From Terriglobia bacterium (lineage in GTDB: Bacteria > Acidobacteriota > Polarisedimenticolia > Polarisedimenticolales > CAVOVZ01): a stretch of 64,000 nt of DNA. The notes beneath the pieces are model-generated. The model was not told the origin of the DNA, ran no database searches, and saw only the letters and a list, made by a program, of their open reading frames with translations. Position numbers and translations under genes: made by a program. The stretch is from the NCBI GenBank assembly GCA_963699985.1, contig CAVOVZ010000005.1, positions 90,462 to 154,461 of the forward strand, in the 5' to 3' direction. Shown in pieces: positions 40,919-49,626 of this stretch. How positions within the stretch are numbered: the first letter of the stretch is position 1; every line of letters starts with the position of its first letter.

Positions 40919-41944
40919 TTGAACCGTGGACTCCGCGACGCGATCACGTCGATTGCGATCGTCCTGTTTTCTCACATCGCTGCGATTTCCGCGCCAGCGA
41001 CAGCTCCGACCGGCGAGCTTTCCAAAGGACCGGAGATGGTCGGTCGCTCCTCGGGCTCAACCCACGACGCCGACCCCTCGTTGCACACCGCGTTACGGCT
41101 TCCCCACGCCGAGGAGGAAAACGTCCGCCTGGTCCTCTTGCCCGCGAGCGTCGCAGATCGGAAAGGGCGGGTGGTCCGTGGACTTTCGCGAGAGGACTTC
41201 CGCCTTTTCGAGGATCGGGTTCCGCAGCGAATCAAGTACTTCTCCGTGGAGGACCTCGAGCCGATCGAAATCGGCTTCCTCCTGGACATCTCAGGTAGCA
41301 TGCGGCAGGTCGGCAAGCTCGAGGAGGCGAAAGAGGCGATTCGGTATTTCTTGGGAATTCTCCGGCCTCAGGATCGGTTCGCGTTGATCTGTTTCGCCGA
41401 CGAGCAAGTCAGCTGGGTCACCGACTTCACATCCGATCGGGAGCGGTTCCTCGAGCGGCTGGCCGCTCAAGAGGCGTTCGGCCAGACTGCGATTCACGAT
41501 GCGGTCTCGATCGCTCCCGAGCTCGTCCGACAGGCCGCGCCGGGGCGGAAGGCGATTCTGTTGATCACGGACGGTCTGGACAATGCGAGCCGCCTCACGC
41601 TTCTCCAAGCGATCGAACTAGCGCGAAAAACGAGTGTTCCGATCTACTCGATCGGTTTCGCCACCGTTCCGCGGGAGCTGATGAAGCGTGGGGAAGTGCA
41701 GACGAATCTGGAGATGCTCGACCTGCTGTCCCGCGAGACCGGCGGTGTCTTCTTCGAGGTTCGAGATCCGGATGATCTGAAAGAGGCGGTGGCGAGGATC
41801 GGAAGCGAGCTGCGGTATCAATACGTCATCGGGTATGCGCCGACGCGCGAAGCCTGGGATGGGAGTTACCGCCGCGTTCGACTCGAGGCGCGCCGACGCG
41901 GTCTCGAAGTCAGGACCCGCGCCGGGTACTACGCGAACCCCTGA
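40919..41944 (+). CDS. VWA-domain protein (acidobacterial VWFA-related type); start uncertain
   Basis: VADRKGRVVRGLSREDFRLFED; MIDAS DISGS...T...ITDGLD; ETGG; QYVIGY; RAGYY. Confidence 0.85.
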   Translation: MNRGLRDAITSIAIVLFSHIAAISAPATAPTGELSKGPEMVGRSSGSTHDADPSLHTALRLPHAEEENVRLVLLPASVADRKGRVVRGLSREDFRLFEDRVPQRIKYFSVEDLEPIEIGFLLDISGSMRQVGKLEEAKEAIRYFLGILRPQDRFALICFADEQVSWVTDFTSDRERFLERLAAQEAFGQTAIHDAVSIAPELVRQAAPGRKAILLITDGLDNASRLTLLQAIELARKTSVPIYSIGFATVPRELMKRGEVQTNLEMLDLLSRETGGVFFEVRDPDDLKEAVARIGSELRYQYVIGYAPTREAWDGSYRRVRLEARRRGLEVRTRAGYYANP

Positions 41945-42561
41945 TGCGTTCGCCTCCGCACGCCGAGATGGAAAAAACTACACGATTCTTCAGCCGCGGT
42001 TCAAGAACTTCCTTCCAGCCATGCGCGCTCGCGTGATTCGCCGCGCCCAAGCCGCGAGCGCGGAGGCGACCGGACGGAAGGGCGGATCGAGAGGTTGCAT
42101 CCGGTGCACAACACCGAAGTGGCGAGTCAGCAGATCGCCGCGAATCGGGGATCGTCTTCCATGAAGTCTGCGGCGACACCCTGAAAAGAGGAGAACATTC
42201 CGCGGAAATGCGCGCCGGTCCGTCAGCGTGCGTTCCCTGTGGGACGTTTGCAGCAGTTCAGGGTGACGCCTCGGGCGTCATGGACGACTGTCCCCGATTC
42301 GCAGCATTTTCTCGCCACTCTCCTGTCGCGCACTCGATCGCATCCGGCCGCACATCGGTTGGGCGCCCGCCGGATCCTCGCCGGCGCGGTTGTCCGACGA
42401 CATGGCAGTCTCCGCGGCGGCAGCGGGTGATTCGGGAGGCGTGCAGGCCCCGGCCTTCGCCCGCGCCGCCGTGGCGAGAAACGGAGCGCTCGGGTGCCGC
42501 GCCGATTGGCGTTCTTTCCGTCGGACTCCCGAAAGACCCGTTCCAGAGGCTGTCCCGATCA

Positions 42562-42576
42562 TGGCACGATACTTGT
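42562..42576 (+). promoter_or_regulatory. Possible sigma54 promoter
   Basis: TGGCAC-GATAC-TTGT (T instead of C at -12) in the ~1-kb intergenic region before the OmpA gene. Confidence 0.35.
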
Positions 42577-42921
42577 AAGCACCTCGAGGGGTGCTGCGGG
42601 GTGAGTGACTGCCGCGTGGCGACGCGGAGAAAGAACACGATTCGCAGCGAACAATCCGATCGCGCGGGATCGCACGTCTTCGGACCACGGGACGCGAAGC
42701 GAGAGTGGAGAAAGCCTTCGATTCGGTGCATTGTGTTGCCAGCTTCACGTCGAACACCCATGACCTCCATCCCGTTTCGGGAAGGGCACAGAGGAAAGTG
42801 TTACAGTGGGCTCGCTTCCGCTCGTGGGGCCGGCGAGCGGAACGAGATCCCACGCGGCCGCAAACGTCCGCCTCGCTCCATCCGTTTCACGACTCGGAGC
42901 GAGCGGTTAAGGAGAGCGAGA

Positions 42922-43566
42922 ATGTTGCAGCGGAATCTTGCGATGATCGCGGGGGTGGTGATCGTCGCCGCGTTCGCGTCATTCGGGTGCGTGTCGAAGA
43001 AAGTCTATCGGAAGAACGTCGACGAGACGGACGCTCGGATCAACAGCGTCCAGGGGCAGGTGGAACAAAACGAGAGGCGTGTCGGGGATCTGGGCAAGGA
43101 CACGGACACCAAGCTCGCGGGATTGAAAGGCGAAGTTCAAAAGGCCGTCGAGGCGGGCAACACGGCGCTTTTGCAAGCCGAGGAAGCGCAGAAGCTCGCC
43201 AAGGGGAAAATACTCTGGACCGTCACCCTTTCCGACGATCGCGTGAAATTCGGCTTCGATCAAGCCACGATTCCTGTCGAAGCCCGAAGATCGCTGGACG
43301 AGCTGGCGGCGAGAGCAAAAGAAATGAACAAGACGGTGTTCGTCGAGATCGAAGGACACACCGACAACATCGGCAGCGAGGAACGCAACGCGCAGTTGGG
43401 GCGGCAGCGCGCCGAGGCGGTGCGGAACTACCTCCACGAAAAAGGCGGCCTGCCGCTTCACTCCATGAACATCATCTCCTATGGCGAATCACGACCTGTA
43501 GCCGAGAACGGGACGCCGCAGGGTCGCGCGCAAAACCGCCGCGTCGTCGTGCGTGTGCTCGAGTGA
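42922..43566 (+). CDS. OmpA-family peptidoglycan-binding lipoprotein
   Basis: Lipobox-like SFGC; coiled coil; IEGHTDNIG, RAEAVRNYL, SYGESRPVAEN and NRRV; AAGGAG RBS. Confidence 0.9.
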   Translation: MLQRNLAMIAGVVIVAAFASFGCVSKKVYRKNVDETDARINSVQGQVEQNERRVGDLGKDTDTKLAGLKGEVQKAVEAGNTALLQAEEAQKLAKGKILWTVTLSDDRVKFGFDQATIPVEARRSLDELAARAKEMNKTVFVEIEGHTDNIGSEERNAQLGRQRAEAVRNYLHEKGGLPLHSMNIISYGESRPVAENGTPQGRAQNRRVVVRVLE

Positions 43567-43669
43567 TCACTCGCGTCCGACCCGATGCCGTGCCTCGGAG
43601 CACGCTCGCGACGGAGGCGCGCGAGCTCCGCGACGGCTGCATGGTCGTTCATTGCGGAGAGGGGACTCC

Positions 43670-44563
43670 ATGAGACCATTTGAATCCCGGAGGATTGGTT
43701 TCGGTTCGCTCTTGATCTGCGTGAGTCTGCTGGGTGGCTGCGGACAGCAACCTGCCCAGAAGCAAGCTGCGACTCCGTCCACCACCGAGCAGCGGCCCGA
43801 GACCCCGCCGCAGACCCCCGTGTCTACAGACGCTGCGCCGCCAGGTGCTCTTCGGGAGGAGGAACCGGCAGCGCCAGCGAGCGAGCCACAGCGTCCCGCG
43901 CCGACGAAGAATCCCGCGGTCGCACCGCCGCGTCGCCCCACGCAGAGGCGCGAGATTGCGGAGAATCCACCGGCGGCGTCCTCGCCGGCAGAAACGCCTC
44001 CTTCGAAACGAGTCGCCGAGGCGGCGTCGGCTCCTGCGCCGATCGTCAAGACGCTGCCTGCCGGGGCTGAAGTCGACGTGATCCTCATGGATGGCCTGTC
44101 GAGCGAGACGAGCCAGGCGGGCGATACGGTCCGAGCCCGCGTGGCAAACGACGTGATGCAGGACGGCGTCATGGTCATCCCCGCGGGATCGATCGTGAGT
44201 GGCACCGTCACCGAGGTCGTGCCTCTCAAGAAGATCGGGGGTGCCGCCAAGCTTGCGCTGTCGTTCGGGCGTTTGGAGATCACGGCAGCCAATGTGATCG
44301 CCATCGAGGCGAATCTGCTCAGGGAGGGAAAGAGCCAGACCGGGAAGGACGCCGCGACCATCGGAGGGGCCGCCGCCGGCGGCGCGGTGCTCGGGAAGCT
44401 CCTGGGAAAAAGCAGCAAGGACACGCTCATCGGAGCGGTCGTCGGAGCCGCTGCGGGGACCGCGGTCGCTGCGAAGAACAAGGGCGAGCAGGTGGAGCTG
44501 CCCGTCGGGACGCAGATGAGCTTCCAGTTGAACAGACCGGTGGAGATCACCGTTCGCCCCTGA
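43670..44563 (+). CDS. Lipoprotein with Pro-rich linker, TrbI/VirB10-like beta domain and glycine zipper
   Basis: Lipobox LGGC; LSSETSQAGD...IPAGSIVSGTV; GGAAAGGAVLG...GAVVGAAAGT. Confidence 0.75.
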   Translation: MRPFESRRIGFGSLLICVSLLGGCGQQPAQKQAATPSTTEQRPETPPQTPVSTDAAPPGALREEEPAAPASEPQRPAPTKNPAVAPPRRPTQRREIAENPPAASSPAETPPSKRVAEAASAPAPIVKTLPAGAEVDVILMDGLSSETSQAGDTVRARVANDVMQDGVMVIPAGSIVSGTVTEVVPLKKIGGAAKLALSFGRLEITAANVIAIEANLLREGKSQTGKDAATIGGAAAGGAVLGKLLGKSSKDTLIGAVVGAAAGTAVAAKNKGEQVELPVGTQMSFQLNRPVEITVRP

Positions 44564-44590
44564 CCTGGATTTTCACCCCAGCGACCCCGG

Positions 44591-45050
44591 TTGTCGCACG
44601 CCGCCGCGAGACTACGCCTGTTGCCCCGTTCCGGCGTCGACAGCTCGGTGCTCCTCACGGACCCATCCGGGTTCGTTACCGGGTCCACGTTCTGGAGTGA
44701 GAATACAGGGGCCGGCCCCCGAGCCTCTGCACCCGCGTACGGTACAGTCCGGCAGACCGGCCCGCACCTCCCGCGGGTTTTCATCGTTCCTGAGTGACGC
44801 CCCGGGGCGTCTATGGACCACCGGAATACCGCGTCCTGAGGTCTTACCGAGCCGCTTTGTCGAAAGCGGAACCGCGCTGGAATCTCGAGTGTTGGCGGGG
44901 CTGGAGCTGCCGCTGGGGCCCACGTGGGGCCTGCTTCTCGAGGGACGCTACTCCTGGTCGGGTGATACTCCGAACGGCGACTTCGTCGACCTCGGCGACC
45001 TGAATCGGGACGGTTTCTCTGTGTTCACCGGTCCGGCGATCCGCTTCTGA
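44591..45050 (+). pseudogene. Remnant of an outer-membrane beta-barrel gene
   Basis: C-terminal strands VLAGLELPLGPTWGLLLEGRYSW...FSVFTGPAIRF with terminal Phe; upstream part broken across frames; no signal peptide or credible start. Confidence 0.5.
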
Positions 45051-45083
45051 ATCCACGCGCTCGGGCACCGCGGAGCTGGCGAC

Positions 45084-46007
45084 CTACTTTTCCGCGGCCT
45101 CGCCGCCGGTCTCCTCCGCCGCCCCGATGTCGTTCCCGTTCCGATCCCGCCGGCGCTTCGCTGATGCCGGCTCTTCCTCGATGAGTTCTTCGACGTCGGC
45201 GTAGTAGGACATCGGGTCCACCGGTGACCTGTCACGGCGCACCTCGAAATGGCAGTGGTCGGCGGTAGCATTCCCCGTGCGACCCACCAGGGCCACGGGG
45301 CTTCCCTTCTCCACGACGTCTCCGACCTTCACGAGCAGCTTGCTGTTGTGGGCGTAAAGCGTTTCGATGCCCCCCCCGTGGTCGATCATCACGACACGCC
45401 CATACGCCCCGCCGGTCGGTCCGCTGTGAGTGACTCGACCGGATGCCGCCGCGAGGACCTCCTGGCCCGAATCCCCGCGGATGTCGACTCCTGCGTGCAG
45501 GTGACTACGGCGCGGCGCGCCGAATGGAGACAGGACCGCGCCGCCCGGTACCGGCCAGCGGAAGCCCGAGGTTCGCGGAGCGAATCCGTGCGTGTCCGCA
45601 GTCGAGCCCTGAGGGGAAGAGGGGAAAGGAGCTCGCAGCGGAGGAACGTCGAGGACCAACTTCCCCCCAGGAATGAGGAGCTCGAGTCCCACGGGAACGG
45701 CACGCGGATCGGTGATTCCGTTGACCTTCGCCAACTCCTGCCAGCGGACGCCGTAGGCACGGGCGATCCGCCAAAGCGTCTGGCCGCGTTCTACCCGATG
45801 AAAGACTCCCGAGGGAACATCGGGGTCTTCACCCACGATCGCTGAACCGGGCGACTGGGACGAGGTTGCGGACCGCGAGTCGTGATCCAAGTTCGAGGGC
45901 TGCCTCCGTGATGAGCACCCCGTCGTCGCGGTGGACGCGAGAAGGGCGACGACCATCAGGGGTCCCCATCGCGGCCCGCCCAGCCGCAGCCTCGAAAGAT
46001 CGGACAA
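45084..46007 (-). CDS. LysM / M23 peptidase lipoprotein (NlpD-like)
   Basis: Signal with Cys (TTGC); LysM HRVERGQTLWRIA; HAGVD, YAHNS and HCHFEV motifs; GAGGAGG RBS. Confidence 0.9.
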   Translation of the reverse strand: MSDLSRLRLGGPRWGPLMVVALLASTATTGCSSRRQPSNLDHDSRSATSSQSPGSAIVGEDPDVPSGVFHRVERGQTLWRIARAYGVRWQELAKVNGITDPRAVPVGLELLIPGGKLVLDVPPLRAPFPSSPQGSTADTHGFAPRTSGFRWPVPGGAVLSPFGAPRRSHLHAGVDIRGDSGQEVLAAASGRVTHSGPTGGAYGRVVMIDHGGGIETLYAHNSKLLVKVGDVVEKGSPVALVGRTGNATADHCHFEVRRDRSPVDPMSYYADVEELIEEEPASAKRRRDRNGNDIGAAEETGGEAAEK

Positions 46008-46400
46008 CGCCCCACCTCCTCGCTCGCAACCCAGTCGCTGGATCCGATTCTACCAAGTCCTCGCACGGGCAGATCCAAGTCGTTTTCGCGTCGGGACTCG
46101 AGCGGTCGTCGGGCTTCGGTCGCCCCTGATCCGGGCGAGGCCCGCAGCGAGAGGGGCAGACGGGACTTTGCGAAACGGGGAAACATCGCGGAGGGCCCCC
46201 TCCCCATCGCTTCCGGCGGAGAGACAGGAACCAACCACGAGGTCGCCGGATCGCGCGGACCACCGCGAGCGTCGCGAATCGAGCAGGAGGAGTCCGGGAT
46301 CCGACGATCTCGCCGCGGCCAACGGTGTGCACCCGATACGACTGGACTATAATCCACCCCAGCGTGGCGATGCGCGTGCCGCGCGAGAAAGAGAAACCGG

Positions 46401-47522
46401 ATGAAGTGGATCAAGCGTCTTCTCATTCGCATGCTGCCCGCCGCCATCCTCGTGACCGGTTGCGGGGACTCGCCCACGACCGCAAGAGAGGCCGGCCGAA
46501 CGCTCCCGCCGGAGCGGCCCGAGGCTGCGGCGCCGAAGGAGACCGTCGTCCGCGTCCCACCCGCTCAGTTCGGCGAGATCTTCCCGAGCTACGTGTACGC
46601 GAATCTCAATCCCGCTCCGGGGGGCAAGGGAAGCGTGAACCTCGGCGAGTTCCTCGGCAAGCGCCCCATCGTGTTCTGCTACTGGATTGCCGGTCGATCT
46701 CGCGGGGAACGCATCTTTCAAGACCTGCAGCGCCTCGCCGACGAGGCGGGTCCCGGGAAACTCGCTCTGTTCGGAATCGTGCGGGAGAAGCCCGGCGTCG
46801 ATGCGGCCAAGATTGGCGATCGAATTCGCGATCTGGGCATTCGTGTGCCGGTGCTGAACGACGAGGAGTTCCGGCTGGGACAGCATCTCGCCGTCCGCAC
46901 CGTCCCGAGTGTCTCCGTGATCGACGCCGAGGGGAGGCTCCGGCTCGGGAACGCGTCCAGCCTCAGGCAGGTGCTCGAGTACAACCTCGATGTGGAAGCC
47001 GCGATCCGCCGGGTCGCGGCCAAGGGAACGCTCGGAACGTACGGAAACCTCCCCCGCTACGATCCGGTGAACGAGCTCATCGGGAAAAAGTCGCCTGACT
47101 TCGAAGCGACGGTGGTGGGAGACGGCACGTCGCGTCGATGGTCGAGTGTTCTCGATCCGAAACGGATCAACGTTCTCGTGTTCTGGTCCGTAGATTGTCC
47201 GCACTGCAAGAGAGCCTTGCCGCAGATCAACGACTGGCTCAAGCAGCATCCCGACGGTGTCAACTTCGCCTCGGCCGCGGCCGCTCAGGACGAAGCGTCG
47301 CGGCAGAAAACGGAGGATTACTGCCGAGTCAATCAGTTTTCCTTCCCGACCTTCTTGGACCGGGGACTACAGATCGCGGAGCTGTATGAGGTGTCAGCCA
47401 CCCCCACGATGCTGATCATCCGTCCGGACGGCGTGGTGGACTCCGTTTTCTTCGGCGAGATAGATTTCCCGAAGGCCCTCGATGCGAAGCAAAAGGAGAT
47501 TCTCGGAAGCAGCAAATCCTGA
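46401..47522 (+). CDS. Two-domain thioredoxin-like (TlpA/redoxin) lipoprotein
   Basis: Lipobox VTGC; second domain has FWSVDCPHC and ATP cis-Pro; first domain is a homologous fold without CxxC; TATAAT at 46348-46353. Confidence 0.8.
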   Translation: MKWIKRLLIRMLPAAILVTGCGDSPTTAREAGRTLPPERPEAAAPKETVVRVPPAQFGEIFPSYVYANLNPAPGGKGSVNLGEFLGKRPIVFCYWIAGRSRGERIFQDLQRLADEAGPGKLALFGIVREKPGVDAAKIGDRIRDLGIRVPVLNDEEFRLGQHLAVRTVPSVSVIDAEGRLRLGNASSLRQVLEYNLDVEAAIRRVAAKGTLGTYGNLPRYDPVNELIGKKSPDFEATVVGDGTSRRWSSVLDPKRINVLVFWSVDCPHCKRALPQINDWLKQHPDGVNFASAAAAQDEASRQKTEDYCRVNQFSFPTFLDRGLQIAELYEVSATPTMLIIRPDGVVDSVFFGEIDFPKALDAKQKEILGSSKS

Positions 47523-47577
47523 CCCCGTTCCTTCGCGGATCTCGAACCATGACCGCCGGGTTGCAGGGGCCTGGGAT

Positions 47578-49512
47578 TCAGTCCAGGGGAACCTGTTCGG
47601 CCGGGCGGTCGAGAAACGTCTCCTGCCACAACTCGAGCGTGAGAAGCGCGTAGATCAGGTAGCTGTGGTCCGCGCGATTGGAGTCGTTCTCCGCGAGAAT
47701 CCGGCGAATCGCCGAGGGATCGAACAGACCGCGGGCGGCAACGCATTCGCTGGATAGAAGCCGGTCCACGGTAGGGCGAAGTTCATCGGCCATCCACTTT
47801 CGAAGCGGAACTCCGAACCCGGTCTTGCTCCGGTACAGTACTTTCGGGTCGAGACGGCGCTCCATGGCCTTCTTCAGGACGTACTTGGTCACGCCTCCGT
47901 GAAGCTTGAAGCGTTCGGGGATCCGGGCGCACAGCCGCATGAGCTCGAGATCGGTGAACGGCACCCGCACCTCGAGGGAGGCGGCCATGCTGGTCTTGTC
48001 GGTGTAGAGGAAGTTGTGCGCCGCGAGAAAGCTCTGAATGAGAACATGGGAGTGCCGGTTCAGCTCGCCGCGGCCGACGAACGAGTCGAAATACGGCCGC
48101 AAGAGATCGGCCGCTCCCCCCGGCCGACGGAACGAGGCGACGAGTTCGGCGCTGAAGAGCCGGTCGCGGGTCTCGGGACTCGACCAGTCGACCAGCGCGA
48201 CGTGCCGCTCGAGCCCCGTTCGAGCCAATCCGCTCCGAAGCCGCCGCATGCGACGCGCGGGGGCGCTTTGGGCGCCGAGAGACGCCGCGACCAGGGCGGC
48301 AGCGGCCTGCAGGACGGGGGAGAGCAGCGCGTGGGGAATCCACCGCAACCTCTCGTACATCCGATACGCTTGGTGGCTGCGATACCCGAAGAACACCTCG
48401 TCGCCGCCGGTCCCGGAGAGAAGCACCGTCGTGCCGTCTTCCCGCGCCAGTTTGGCGATCAGATACGAAGGAAACACCGCGGGATCCGCGTCCGGCTCGT
48501 CCAGATGGTAGATCATCTTCGGAAGCAGCCGGATCATGGAAGGCTCGAGATCGATGCACTTCAAGGTCACTCCGAGGTCGCGAGCAACCTTCTCGGCGTA
48601 CGGATAGTCGTCGACGAACTGATCCCGCACGAGGTCCCCGGGGCGGTGGCGTGCGGTGTAGCATCGGATCTCGCGGTCGGGGAACGAGTCGCGCATGCAG
48701 GCGACGATGCTCGAGGAATCCGTTCCGCCGGACAGGAACGCGCCTAGCGGGACGTCGGACACCATCTGACGCCGCGTGCTCTGCGCGAACGTCGCGTCGA
48801 CCCGCTGGAGCCAATCGCGTTCTTCGAGGGAGTCGTCGGGTTCGTACGCCAGTGAAAACCAGCGCCGCTTCTCGATGTGTCCGGCCCGCCAAAGCAGGGA
48901 GTGGCCGGGCTCCACTTTCCGGATTCCCTCGAGGAGGGTTTCCTCTCCGGGCACCCAGCAGAGGGTCAGGTAGGCCGGGATCAGATCGCGGTTCAGCCGC
49001 CGAGGGATCTCGGGCACGCGAAGGAGGGCCTTGATCTCCGACGCGAAATAGAGGCGTTCCGAGTTCTGCCAGTAGTAGAGCGGCTTGATCCCGGCGTGAT
49101 CGCGGGCGAGCAGGAGCTGACGGCGTTTCCCGTCCCAGAGCGCCAGCGCGAACATGCCGTTGATCTCTCGGACGAAATCGGGTCCGACGTCCTCGTAGAG
49201 GTGGATCAGCACCTCCGTATCGGACCGGCTTCGAAATCGGTGCCCCCGCTCGAGGAGGCGAGTGCGGTGCGTCTCGAAGTCGTAGATCTCGCCGTTGAAC
49301 ACGATCCAGACCGTGCCATCCTCGTTGGACATCGGCTGGTGGCCGGCCGGACTCAGATCGATGATCGAAAGACGCCGATGGCCGAGGCCGACCGTCGCAC
49401 GCGCGTCGCTCCAGAGGCCCGCGTCGTCGGGTCCACGGTGGGCCATGCTGAGGCTCATCGGCTCGAGGAGCTCAAACCGGTCGTCGCCGACGAATCCACA
49501 GATACCGCACAT
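47578..49512 (-). CDS. asnB: Asparagine synthase (glutamine-hydrolysing) family amidotransferase
   Basis: MCGICG, HRGPD, HRRLSIID, FNGEIY, FLSGGTDSS, LSGTGGDE, LEVRVPF and KTGF motifs. Confidence 0.92.
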   Translation of the reverse strand: MCGICGFVGDDRFELLEPMSLSMAHRGPDDAGLWSDARATVGLGHRRLSIIDLSPAGHQPMSNEDGTVWIVFNGEIYDFETHRTRLLERGHRFRSRSDTEVLIHLYEDVGPDFVREINGMFALALWDGKRRQLLLARDHAGIKPLYYWQNSERLYFASEIKALLRVPEIPRRLNRDLIPAYLTLCWVPGEETLLEGIRKVEPGHSLLWRAGHIEKRRWFSLAYEPDDSLEERDWLQRVDATFAQSTRRQMVSDVPLGAFLSGGTDSSSIVACMRDSFPDREIRCYTARHRPGDLVRDQFVDDYPYAEKVARDLGVTLKCIDLEPSMIRLLPKMIYHLDEPDADPAVFPSYLIAKLAREDGTTVLLSGTGGDEVFFGYRSHQAYRMYERLRWIPHALLSPVLQAAAALVAASLGAQSAPARRMRRLRSGLARTGLERHVALVDWSSPETRDRLFSAELVASFRRPGGAADLLRPYFDSFVGRGELNRHSHVLIQSFLAAHNFLYTDKTSMAASLEVRVPFTDLELMRLCARIPERFKLHGGVTKYVLKKAMERRLDPKVLYRSKTGFGVPLRKWMADELRPTVDRLLSSECVAARGLFDPSAIRRILAENDSNRADHSYLIYALLTLELWQETFLDRPAEQVPLD

Positions 49513-49626
49513 CGGCCGGTTCCCCCCATTCTCCCGGACCGGGCCGTCCTGCGGGGCCGGATCTCGGGCGACGCCCGTGCGCCACGATCGGGTCTGCCGT
49601 TCCGGTCCTCGCGGGGGCCGGGCCGG

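Noticed and set aside
43670-44563. Type IV secretion system implied by the TrbI/VirB10-like domain
   Set aside because: No other virB/trb genes in the window; a stand-alone lipoprotein is the simpler reading.
47578-49512. Lasso-peptide cyclase cluster
   Set aside because: Full-length AsnB with an intact N-terminal Cys glutaminase domain; no B1/B2 proteins or precursor nearby.
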